Positions 31,918 to 40,560 of a stretch of 64,000 nt of DNA are shown piece after piece. This stretch comes from Clostridia bacterium (lineage in GTDB: Bacteria; Bacillota; Clostridia; Christensenellales; Borkfalkiaceae): NCBI GenBank assembly GCA_017625565.1, contig JAGAKN010000015.1, positions 6,005-70,004 on the forward strand, read 5' to 3'. A model generated the notes under the pieces. That model searched no databases, was not told the origin of the DNA, and saw only the letters and a list, made by a program, of their open reading frames with translations. Position 1 is the stretch's first letter. Every line of letters starts with the position of its first letter. Position numbers and translations under genes: made by a program.

Positions 31918-33435
31918 TTAATACAATAACTGCGCATTATTAGGCAATTGCAACACGTGCGCTTTTTCACCACGCACGGAATATTGCTCCGATTTATACG
32001 TTCTATGCGGAATAAAGTACACGCGTTTGTCTTTCCAACGCCCTTTGGCTTCGCGAGAGAACAAACCTTCCGAAAGTATTTTTTGCATAATCCGTTCGTT
32101 CAGTTCCACGATCGCCGCGTCGTAGCCGTCCGCAAAACAATCGAGTATGTCCGCGCGCAAACGCGTGACTACGAATATGTCCGCAGGCAAATACCCTTTC
32201 CCGACGCATTCTTCGCAGGGTTGCACCAAATACGAAAAACTCTCGTTCCCAACCCGTTTTCGAGTAAATTGCGTCAAACACAATTCGCTCATCGGCAAGA
32301 CGTTGCATTTCGCCTTGTCCTCGCTTAAGTATTTTTTCAATTCTTCGGTGACGGCTATGCGGTGCGGTTCTTCCAACATGTCGATAAAATCCACCACGAC
32401 GATCCCCCCGATATTCCGAAGCCGTACCTGCCGAGCAATCTCTTTCGCCGCCGCCATATTCATGGCAAACACCGTTTCTTCTAAGCGATCCTTTCCAACG
32501 TATTTGCCCGTATTCACGTCCACGACCGTCATCGCTTCCGTATGTTCGATTACGAGCGAGCCCCCGTTTTTCAACGGTACTATCGGCAAAGCCATATCGT
32601 AAGCGAGTGGCGTAATCCCGTATTCTTTCATCATCGAACGCTCGCCCGTGTAGAATACGATTTGTTTTTGAGAAAGGTCGCTGTTGAATTTAATCAGTTG
32701 CAATAACCGCTCGTACAAATCCTTGTCCCCGACGTGGATCGCGGTAATTTCTTCCCCAAAACAATCCCGAATGACGCGCGTAGGCAAATCTTCATCTTCG
32801 TACAAAAGCGTGCCGATTTGCGCGTTTTTCGCCGTTTTTTGCATGTTTTGGTAGAGTTTCTTTAAGTACTCCGTTTCCGATTTGAGCTGTTTGAGTTTCG
32901 CAAAAGGGGCTTGCGTACGTACGATAAACCCGTCGTGCGCGCTTTCGCGCATTTTTTCCACGCGCTTGAGTAGTTTTTGTCGAGTTTCTTCGTTGGTGAT
33001 CTTTCTCGATATTCCTAAAAAGTCGGTGTTCGGTAAATAGATAATACGTTTCCCAACGAACGAGAGCCGTGTCGTCACTTTCGCGCCTTTCGTCCCCCGT
33101 GGCGGTTTCGTCACCTGAACGATTACTTCGTCGCCCTCTTTCAAGGACAGGGGAAGCTCTTCCACGCGCTCCATAACCCCGTCGTACTTTTTGTAATCGG
33201 TGTACGTTTCTTCCATCGAAAGATAGCAGTTCCTAGATAATCCGCAATCGATAAACGCTGCGTTCATTCCTGCGATGACGTTGGTCACTCTGCCTTTATA
33301 AATATTCCCAACGCAGGACGTGCGCGGTTCGTTTTCGCTAGAAAACTCCATCAGCACCCCGTCTTCCACAAGCGCGGCGAATTGTTGACCGCAAAAGCGA
33401 TCCAAAAACCATTCTTTTTTCTTATCCTTTCTCAT
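31918..33435 (-). CDS. rng: Ribonuclease G/E family (Rng/CafA)
   Basis: S1 domain GNIYKGRVTNVIAGMNAAFIDCG and the RNase E/G catalytic core. The start is ambiguous: ATG 33435 or TTG 33468. Confidence 0.85.
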   Translation of the reverse strand: MRKDKKKEWFLDRFCGQQFAALVEDGVLMEFSSENEPRTSCVGNIYKGRVTNVIAGMNAAFIDCGLSRNCYLSMEETYTDYKKYDGVMERVEELPLSLKEGDEVIVQVTKPPRGTKGAKVTTRLSFVGKRIIYLPNTDFLGISRKITNEETRQKLLKRVEKMRESAHDGFIVRTQAPFAKLKQLKSETEYLKKLYQNMQKTAKNAQIGTLLYEDEDLPTRVIRDCFGEEITAIHVGDKDLYERLLQLIKFNSDLSQKQIVFYTGERSMMKEYGITPLAYDMALPIVPLKNGGSLVIEHTEAMTVVDVNTGKYVGKDRLEETVFAMNMAAAKEIARQVRLRNIGGIVVVDFIDMLEEPHRIAVTEELKKYLSEDKAKCNVLPMSELCLTQFTRKRVGNESFSYLVQPCEECVGKGYLPADIFVVTRLRADILDCFADGYDAAIVELNERIMQKILSEGLFSREAKGRWKDKRVYFIPHRTYKSEQYSVRGEKAHVLQLPNNAQLLY

Positions 33436-33512
33436 ACCTGTCTTTTTGCCCGTCGCTAAGTCGTGCAAACGCGGACGTCTTTCTCGGGCGCAAGATTTTT
33501 CCGTGTTCCGTA

Positions 33513-34532
33513 TTAGTATAGCACACCCTGTGTTTTTTTCAAAGCGTTTTTATCCGTTTTTTTCGCTTTTTCCGTCTTAAAATCGCTTTTCCGACACAAA
33601 TCTCCCAACCCTTCGTAAGGAGTTTGCGCGAATTCGAACAGTTCCGCAAGCTCGTTTTGTGAAAGATCGAACAAGTGCCGTTCCGCACCGTCGTATACCT
33701 CCAAAACAAGATACGTGCCTCTCGCTACAAACCGCAACGCGTCCTTTATAGAGCAACTCTCCAGCACGGCTACACGACGGATTTCTACACCCTTTCTAAA
33801 CGCCGACAAAGCGGACACGTCCAGCTTTTCGTACGTCGCCGATTTGTCCTTGTTCCCAAATCCGCCCACGAACAACAATCCCCCGAACGTCAATAGCGTG
33901 AAATTCCACACCCTTTCCCGCGCGAGCGCGAAAAACGCCGAAAAAAAGAACGCTGAAAATAAAATCGTCAATACTCGACAAATACGTTCGGCTTTTCTCT
34001 CCGCAAGCGCTTGCCTGGGTTGTTTTTTGGAGAATACTCTTGCGAGCGCGCATTTTAACACTCTTCCGCCGTCCAAAGGGTATGCAGGCAAAATATTCAC
34101 AAGCGCTACGGACAGCGACGCATAACAAGCCGTATCCGTGTACGCGTAGAGCGTCGGATAAAACCACCAAAGCGCCACGAAAAACCCTGCCGTCGCCAAA
34201 TTGCAAAGCGGCCCGCAAACCGCCACGAAAATCTCGTCCTTGAACGACAACCCGCGCATATCCCCGTCGATTACCGCCCCGAACGGCATCAGTACGATTT
34301 TGTTGAGTTTATACCCTAGTTTCGCCGCCGCAAACGCGTGGGCGCATTCGTGTTGCGTTGCGACAAGCGCACTCATTAGAAATAGCAACAAATCCCCCGT
34401 GAACGCGTACCAAATCCCCGTCAGGATAAAAAGGGGATGAAATTGTATCACGTGAAACAACTTTTTTATTTTGCTATGAGAAAGGCGACGTTCTTGCGAG
34501 CGTCGCCTTGTACGTTCTGCACGCAAAGACAA
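33513..34532 (-). CDS. spoIVFB: M50 site-2 protease, SpoIVFB-like, with a C-terminal CBS-like domain
   Basis: HECAH zinc motif, NILPAYPLDGG motif, multiple TM segments. The start codon is uncertain. Confidence 0.75.
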   Translation of the reverse strand: MSLRAERTRRRSQERRLSHSKIKKLFHVIQFHPLFILTGIWYAFTGDLLLFLMSALVATQHECAHAFAAAKLGYKLNKIVLMPFGAVIDGDMRGLSFKDEIFVAVCGPLCNLATAGFFVALWWFYPTLYAYTDTACYASLSVALVNILPAYPLDGGRVLKCALARVFSKKQPRQALAERKAERICRVLTILFSAFFFSAFFALARERVWNFTLLTFGGLLFVGGFGNKDKSATYEKLDVSALSAFRKGVEIRRVAVLESCSIKDALRFVARGTYLVLEVYDGAERHLFDLSQNELAELFEFAQTPYEGLGDLCRKSDFKTEKAKKTDKNALKKTQGVLY

Positions 34533-34544
34533 TTCCCCCTTGCG

Positions 34545-35519
34545 TTATTGCGCCGTTTGATCGTTCCAAGCCAGGCAGTTTTCGTCCGTCAACTCGAAAC
34601 AATTCAAAAGTACACCGTCCGAATACATCGTCACCTGTACTTCCGTTTCGCCGTCCGTATACCCGAACGGAACGTTGGCTTTCACCACGTCGCCGATTTC
34701 ATAATACACTTGGTCTAAGCCGTTAAATACCCCTGTAAACGTGGACGAGTAGGCGATTTTTACGGTATATTCGCCCGTTTCCGAGCGCGTGATTTCCGCA
34801 ACTTTTCCGTCGGCGGTAGGGTACACGCAACAAGCGTCCGAGAAGGTCAAAACGCCCGTTTCCGACAACGTGAGTTCCGCATCCGACAATCCGCTAACGA
34901 CGGGCGAGAGAATGAAGTCCGTATACGTTCTTTCGTCCGTTTGCGACGCCTGCGCCGTCGTACCGCTCAACGTACGGAAGAAGGTATTGATCGCGCTGTT
35001 GGGCATCAATACGTTCGTCAAGAAAATCGCTCCGCAAAGCGCACACGCCAAAGCAAACTCTGCCCCGAGCGCAATTTTAAAGCCTTTCGAAACGGATTTT
35101 TCGTCGTTCGTCGCATACCTGCCCACGTCGTTTCCGTATTCGTTCCATGCGTATTCGTCCGCATAAAAGCCTTTCTTTTTCCAAAAACGTTTGCTTTTTG
35201 ACGTAGAATACAAGCGTACCGTGTCGATTCGATCGGGGATAAGCTCGGGCTCGGGATCAAAATGCAACTCCCCATCGCTTGACGCTTGTAAAGGCGTTTC
35301 TTCGTCCGCTTGCGTTTCCAAACGGTCGTTGACCTGCGCAATCACGGCGTCCTTTAACGCCGACGGATTGTTCTCTTCCGCCAAATTCGGCTCTATGCGG
35401 ATCGGGTTGAGTTCTTCGCGCGTTTTCTTCCGACGACGGGGTTTGCGCGCGACGTTTACGGTAGATACGGGGATCTCCAACATTTCGGCATATTCGATTT
35501 CTTCGTTCATACAATACAC
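34545..35519 (-). CDS. SpoIVFA-like membrane protein with a degenerate LytM/M23 C-terminal domain
   Basis: 324 aa. Central TM helix, C-terminal beta-rich domain. It lies immediately upstream of the M50 protease (12-nt gap), as spoIVFA does relative to spoIVFB. Confidence 0.55.
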   Translation of the reverse strand: MYCMNEEIEYAEMLEIPVSTVNVARKPRRRKKTREELNPIRIEPNLAEENNPSALKDAVIAQVNDRLETQADEETPLQASSDGELHFDPEPELIPDRIDTVRLYSTSKSKRFWKKKGFYADEYAWNEYGNDVGRYATNDEKSVSKGFKIALGAEFALACALCGAIFLTNVLMPNSAINTFFRTLSGTTAQASQTDERTYTDFILSPVVSGLSDAELTLSETGVLTFSDACCVYPTADGKVAEITRSETGEYTVKIAYSSTFTGVFNGLDQVYYEIGDVVKANVPFGYTDGETEVQVTMYSDGVLLNCFELTDENCLAWNDQTAQ

Positions 35520-35575
35520 TCCTTGTCTTTGCTTTTTGCTTTACGTTAGTATATTGTATGCGCTCCCGTCACCGT

Positions 35576-36298
35576 TTAGAACGTATTGTTTTTATGACAA
35601 TGCTCGTAATACCAACACGCGTACGGCTTTAAGCATTGTTCGCCGATTGCCACGTCGGGGATCGGCGTTTCCTTCTTTTTGAGTTTTCCCAGCTCGAAAA
35701 CGCGCCGATCGGCTACCCGTTCGGCTTGTTTTGTTTCCGCCGTCACGTCGACGATTTTATAACGAAATCCATCCTTTTCCAAGTACTCCGCGTCCACGTT
35801 TTCTTCTTCGGGAATCGCCACGCCTTCGGGCGGTTCGTCCCCACGCAATACGAGCTTTACCGCCGTCAATTTCACCCCACATTTGCGCAAAATCAAGCGT
35901 TGAAAGCCAAGATCCGTGATAAATTCTTGGCGGACGAAATAGGTGTTTTTCACTTCGTATAACGCGTAGCCGTCGCCGTCTTTTTTCAGGATATCGGCGG
36001 CGCAATAATTCCCGTACCACGAGAAAGCGGCTTCGCAAACGACGTTCTCGCCTGCGGTAATCCAGTCTTGCGTTTTTTCAAGCATCGCCTTGAAATCCAA
36101 GCGCCCGTCCTCACGGAAGGTCGTCGTTTCCAAGTACTCGCCAAACAGCGACATCGCCTTGTCGCCAAATTCGTTCCCGGCGTCCAAACGCGCCTGAACT
36201 TCGGGGGGGATAATCTTCAATTCGGGCGCGTGCGCGTCCAGCCATAACATTTTTGCACATTGTAAACCGCGGACGAAATCCGTCTTAGATACTGCCAT
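35576..36298 (-). CDS. PD-(D/E)XK nuclease with a Cas4/AddB-type Cys4 (Fe-S) signature
   Basis: 240 aa. One N-terminal Cys (RGLQCAKMLW), D...YEVK catalytic motif, C-terminal CX5CX5C (CLKPYACWYYEHC). Confidence 0.65.
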   Translation of the reverse strand: MAVSKTDFVRGLQCAKMLWLDAHAPELKIIPPEVQARLDAGNEFGDKAMSLFGEYLETTTFREDGRLDFKAMLEKTQDWITAGENVVCEAAFSWYGNYCAADILKKDGDGYALYEVKNTYFVRQEFITDLGFQRLILRKCGVKLTAVKLVLRGDEPPEGVAIPEEENVDAEYLEKDGFRYKIVDVTAETKQAERVADRRVFELGKLKKKETPIPDVAIGEQCLKPYACWYYEHCHKNNTF

Positions 36299-36316
36299 TT
36301 TTACTCCTTTTACGGG

Positions 36317-36345
36317 AACAAAAAGGGGCAGATGTCTGCCCCTTT
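36317..36345 (-). terminator. Rho-independent terminator after the permease gene
   Basis: GGGGCAG / CTGCCCC stem with a 4-nt loop, followed by a T-run on the minus strand. Confidence 0.8.
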
Positions 36346-36366
36346 CGTCGTTTTGCGTTTTTTTGA

Positions 36367-37770
36367 TTATTCCGCTTTTTCTTCCGTCGTTTCTTCAACA
36401 ACTTCTTCTTTCTTTTCTTTCAAGATCAAGTTCAAAACGATACCGAGTACCATTGCAACTGCGGTAGACGTGATTTGTACCATTTCGCCTGCAACCGTGA
36501 ACTTAATCGTCAAGCCACCGATACCAGCAACGAGAATTGCAGCCGCGATGAAGATATTACGCGTTTTGCCAAAATCTACTTTTTCGTTGATGAGCATCTT
36601 AACACCCGAAGAAGCGATGAACCCGTACAATACGAGAGATACGCCACCCGTCACGCAAGCGGGAATCGTTTGTACCAAAACCATAAGCGGGGTGAAGAAC
36701 CCAAGCGCGATGGTCGCGATACAAGCAACGATGATAACGGAAACGGAAGCAACTTTCGTTACACCGACAACCGCTACGTTTTCACCGTACGTCGTGTTCG
36801 CACAACCGCAAAGCACGCCGGAAACCGCCGTTGCGATACCGTCGCCTGCAAGCGTGCGAGGCAAACCGGGATCTTTCAACAAATCTTTATGGATAACGTT
36901 GGAAAGGTTCATATGGTCGCCGATGTGTTCGCAAATCGTCACGAACGATACGGGCGCAAACGCCAACAAGATCGTGATCAATTGACCAACCTTGAACGAA
37001 CCGTTGTTCCATTCCAAGAAACCGAAACAATCATAACCGATAAAGCTCTTAAGGTTCATATCTTTGAAGTTGTCGACCACGGGCGAGAAGTTGATGATTT
37101 GCATCGACGCTTTGTCCATACCGTAATAACCGATCAACGTGATGATGAGCGCGGTTGCATAACCAGCCAACATACCGATAACAAAGGGGATAAGCGACAA
37201 CGTTTTCTTGCCGTAGTATGCGGTGATTGCCGTCACGAACAACGCTACGATACCGGGAAGAATACACCAAAGGTTATAGCCGTCTGCTCCGCCTGCGGTG
37301 TTTTGAAGGTTGTTTACTGCCGATACCGCAAGTCCGAGACCGATAACCATAATAACCGGCCCGATAACAATCGTAGGAAGAAGTTTGAAGAGCCAAGCCG
37401 TGCCAACTTTCTTTACGACGAGCGCTACGATAACGTAGATAAGCCCGACCATACCCATACCGATTGCAAGCGCAAGGTAGTTGTTTCCGCCACCTAAACC
37501 GAATGCAACGCCCATTGAAGAAAGGTATGCAAACGAGCTGGACAAGACGACGGGGGATTTCTTTTGCGTTAACAAAATGTAGATCAACGTACCGACGCCG
37601 GCGGAGATGATCGTCGCGGGGATCGACGTACCGATCAAAAGGGGTACGGTGATACATGCAACGAACATTGCAAGGATGTGTTGGATAGAAAGAAGCGCCC
37701 ATTGAGATACTTTCTTGGGGTTTTCATGCACGTCCAACACAAGGTCGTTTTTAGCGGATGTGTTTTCCAT
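36367..37770 (-). CDS. NCS2-family nucleobase (uracil/xanthine) permease
   Basis: 467 aa. LSIQHILAMFVACITVPLLIG signature, about 13 TM segments. Confidence 0.85.
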   Translation of the reverse strand: MENTSAKNDLVLDVHENPKKVSQWALLSIQHILAMFVACITVPLLIGTSIPATIISAGVGTLIYILLTQKKSPVVLSSSFAYLSSMGVAFGLGGGNNYLALAIGMGMVGLIYVIVALVVKKVGTAWLFKLLPTIVIGPVIMVIGLGLAVSAVNNLQNTAGGADGYNLWCILPGIVALFVTAITAYYGKKTLSLIPFVIGMLAGYATALIITLIGYYGMDKASMQIINFSPVVDNFKDMNLKSFIGYDCFGFLEWNNGSFKVGQLITILLAFAPVSFVTICEHIGDHMNLSNVIHKDLLKDPGLPRTLAGDGIATAVSGVLCGCANTTYGENVAVVGVTKVASVSVIIVACIATIALGFFTPLMVLVQTIPACVTGGVSLVLYGFIASSGVKMLINEKVDFGKTRNIFIAAAILVAGIGGLTIKFTVAGEMVQITSTAVAMVLGIVLNLILKEKKEEVVEETTEEKAE

Positions 37771-37940
37771 AAAAGATACTCCTGTAAAATAATTTTTTTA
37801 TATAAAACCCGAAAAAATACCCCCGCAAATGTTCCCTATCGAGTATAGGAAACGAACTGTCCCTTATCTTCGAAGCCGTTTTGCAGAGGCGTTTTGTCGG
37901 AATTTTATCCGATCCGAAATTATTTTTTGTTATCTTCTAT

Positions 37941-37969
37941 ATTATATCACACCGTTTTCACAATGTCAA
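37941..37969 (-). promoter_or_regulatory. Consensus sigma-A promoter for the permease gene
   Basis: Minus strand TTGACA, 17 nt spacer, TATAAT (perfect). Gives a leader of about 165 nt. Confidence 0.7.
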
Positions 37970-38007
37970 CAATTCTGTCGATTTTTTTGTTTTTTTCTTC
38001 AAGAATT

Positions 38008-38712
38008 TTACTCCGCCGAAAGCATCATTTCTTCCGCGTTCTTCCCCGGCAACGTATACAATTCAAACTCGCTTTCAATATCAAATTCTTCGGCGGAATC
38101 AAACGCCGCGAGCTTGGAAACGGACACTTCATACGCCGTCATCGTCCGCGTTTCCGTTTCGGAGAGTTTCTTTTGGTACTCACGGCTCTGAATTCTACCC
38201 GAAATGGCAATCCTGTCGCCCACGCCGAGATTTTTAACAAAGCGAGCGTTGCGCCCCCACGCGATACACGGTATATAATCGGATTTATTATACGCGCGAT
38301 TAACCGCCACAAGTACGTCCGCTATTTCGCGATTAAACGGCGTCGTTCGATACACGGGTGGCTTGCATATATATCCACTCAATAAAATACTGTTCGGATT
38401 TTTGTCGGGAACGACTTCTAACAATTCGCGGACGAACACCGTCAACATTAACCGAGATTTCCCGTTTTCAAGCTTGTTATAACTGCGGAACTGCCCCAAC
38501 GCGCAAATCGTCTTGCCTTTGCCAAGCGTTCCGTCTTGAATTAACCGCTCTGACAGCGTGACGGGGAGAATATCCGCTTGCCCCGAAAGGCGCATGACTT
38601 GCACGAAGAACTCGTAAAAGCCTTCCCCGTAGACTTCGTGGGAAAACGTCGCGTCACTAACAATTTCTCCCATTACGTATACTTTGTTGTTTTTTTCCGT
38701 TGCGTAATTCAT
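38008..38712 (-). CDS. SSB-like protein with two tandem OB folds and an acidic C-terminal tail
   Basis: 234 aa. Two segments each resemble an SSB OB fold (NKVYVMGEIV...FFVQVMRLSG; NSILLSGYIC...IPCIAWGRNARF...GRIQSREY). Tail EEFDIESEFELY. Confidence 0.6.
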   Translation of the reverse strand: MNYATEKNNKVYVMGEIVSDATFSHEVYGEGFYEFFVQVMRLSGQADILPVTLSERLIQDGTLGKGKTICALGQFRSYNKLENGKSRLMLTVFVRELLEVVPDKNPNSILLSGYICKPPVYRTTPFNREIADVLVAVNRAYNKSDYIPCIAWGRNARFVKNLGVGDRIAISGRIQSREYQKKLSETETRTMTAYEVSVSKLAAFDSAEEFDIESEFELYTLPGKNAEEMMLSAE

Positions 38713-38739
38713 ACCTACCTCCTAAACGTGTACGAAATT

Positions 38740-39534
38740 TTAATTTTGTCCGTGTTGTCTGCCGTTCGCGTCTATCGTATAATTTTCCTTATAGATGAGC
38801 TCGCTAATCGGCACAAATTCATATCCGCGGTTTCGTAGCGTCGAAAAAATCAACGGCAACGCCTCCGCCGTATGCAAACCGTTGTTATGACAAAGAATAA
38901 TCGAGCCGTTCTTCGTCGCGTTGATCACGCGCAAAGCAATCTCCTGCCCCGATAAATTTTTCCAGTCGAGCGAATCCACGTCCCATTGAATCGTATATAG
39001 CCCCATATCCCGCGCCGTATCTACAAGCAGGTTGTCGTAATCCCCGTAAGGCGGACGAAATAAAGAAACCTTTTGCCCCGTCAAACGTTCGATGGCTTGC
39101 GCGCTCGTAGACAGTTCGCTACGGATTTCCGTTTCCGAGAGTTTGCTCATATACGAGTGCGTACGGCTATGCGTACCGATTTCGTGTCCCGCCGAAACAA
39201 TTTTTTCGACGTACTCGGGGTATTTTTTCACCCAAAACTCCACGGCGAAAAAAGTACAGCGAACACCGTTTTTTTGCATAACGTCCAACAATTGATCGGT
39301 AAAATCGACGCCCCACGCACAGTCGAAACTAATCGAAATTTTCTTCTCCGACGTTTCCACCGAATAAATGGGCAGAGAGCGTTTTCCGCCCGCAAGCTCC
39401 GCATCCGCCCTTCCTATGCTTTTTCGGACGCAATACACGCTTGTGCAAAGCACCGCGATGATGGCCGCAAGGAACACCGTCGCCAAGGACAATACCCCGA
39501 ACAAGTTATGGTTTTGCTTGTTTTTTCCTTTCAA
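38740..39534 (-). CDS. Polysaccharide deacetylase (NodB homology domain; PdaA/PdaB-like), membrane-anchored
   Basis: 264 aa. FDCAWG, TFF, HEIGTHSRTH motifs and an N-terminal TM helix. Confidence 0.85.
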   Translation of the reverse strand: MKGKNKQNHNLFGVLSLATVFLAAIIAVLCTSVYCVRKSIGRADAELAGGKRSLPIYSVETSEKKISISFDCAWGVDFTDQLLDVMQKNGVRCTFFAVEFWVKKYPEYVEKIVSAGHEIGTHSRTHSYMSKLSETEIRSELSTSAQAIERLTGQKVSLFRPPYGDYDNLLVDTARDMGLYTIQWDVDSLDWKNLSGQEIALRVINATKNGSIILCHNNGLHTAEALPLIFSTLRNRGYEFVPISELIYKENYTIDANGRQHGQN

Positions 39535-39706
39535 ATCGTTCTATCTCCATCATAGCGATTCTTCTCCGTCAAAATTTCAACAAAAAGGCTGTTTTTTGTC
39601 CGCTTTTGTCAAAAACGTTTTCTCAACGGATACAACATACTATATTCTCTTTTTCCTGGAAAATATGCCTACCGCGTAAAAACTTTTCCTTTTCCCTTTG
39701 AAACGG

Positions 39707-39735
39707 TTTACTTTTCGCGAAGTTTTGTGTATAAT
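39707..39735 (+). promoter_or_regulatory. Sigma-A-type promoter ending 6 nt upstream of an ATG
   Basis: TTTACT, 17 nt spacer, TATAAT. The ATG is at 39742. Confidence 0.5.
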
Positions 39736-39741
39736 AGCCGT

Positions 39742-39996
39742 ATGAGAATTTGGGCAAAGCTTATGACAAACGGTCGGATTCGAAAACAGTTCGTTTACGA
39801 AAACCCCGAAAAATTGACCTACTCGCATTTTTTCGAGTATCTAACGGATATCTGCCAAGCGTTGGATATCCCTACCCCCGTTTTAACGAAAACGCACGTG
39901 TTTAATTTTGCAAAATTCAACCACGTAAAATTCCCTGCCCGCGATTTCGTCGAGAGTTTACATTACGATTATTTATTTTTAGAAAATCTACTTTGA
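39742..39996 (+). CDS. Small hypothetical protein (84 aa)
   Basis: ORF MRIWAKLMTNGRI...LFLENLL, with no recognisable family and no RBS. Its stop overlaps the start region of the Lrp gene. Confidence 0.5.
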   Translation: MRIWAKLMTNGRIRKQFVYENPEKLTYSHFFEYLTDICQALDIPTPVLTKTHVFNFAKFNHVKFPARDFVESLHYDYLFLENLL

Positions 39997-40016
39997 TAAA
40001 GAAAAGGAATACCATT

Positions 40017-40508
40017 ATGACGGCATTAAAAAGAGAAATTTTAACCATTTTAACCGACGACGCGAGAATTTCCACAAAGCAAATCTCGGCAATGCTTTCC
40101 GTGACAGAAGAAACGGTACAGCTCGCCGTCGCAGAAATGGAAGCAGACGGTTTGCTTGTCAAATATACGGCAATCGTCAATAGCGAAAAACTCAACGATC
40201 CACTCGTCGAAGCGTTGATCGAAGTCAAGGTTTCTCCCAAAAAGAAAGAAGGCTTCGACGGGATTGCCAAGCAAATCGCCTCGTTTCCCGAAGTCAAATC
40301 GGTGTATTTAATGAGCGGAGCTTACGATCTCGCCGTGTTTATCGAAGACCGCACCTTACAACAGGTTTCCCGTTTTGTTTCGGAACGCATTTCCACCTTC
40401 GACGGCGTACTTTCCACCGCCACGCATTTTATTTTGAAAAAATATAAAATCGAAGGCGCTTTAACGGAAAAAGACGACGCCGATTATCGGCTTTCCGTAC
40501 AGGCATAA
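40017..40508 (+). CDS. Lrp/AsnC-family transcriptional regulator (AlaR-like position)
   Basis: Start at the ATG 40017 with an AAGGAA RBS. HTH_AsnC followed by a RAM domain. Precedes an aminotransferase gene. Confidence 0.85.
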   Translation: MTALKREILTILTDDARISTKQISAMLSVTEETVQLAVAEMEADGLLVKYTAIVNSEKLNDPLVEALIEVKVSPKKKEGFDGIAKQIASFPEVKSVYLMSGAYDLAVFIEDRTLQQVSRFVSERISTFDGVLSTATHFILKKYKIEGALTEKDDADYRLSVQA

Positions 40509-40560
40509 AACAGCTTTATTTCGTACATGGTACGCTCATTTTTATATAAGGTAAATTGTT

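Noticed and set aside
37771-37940. PyrR attenuator or purine riboswitch in the permease leader
   Set aside because: I found no match to the PyrR binding-loop consensus (UCCAGAGAGGC) or to the purine-aptamer three-way junction core. It is reported only as an unexplained leader.
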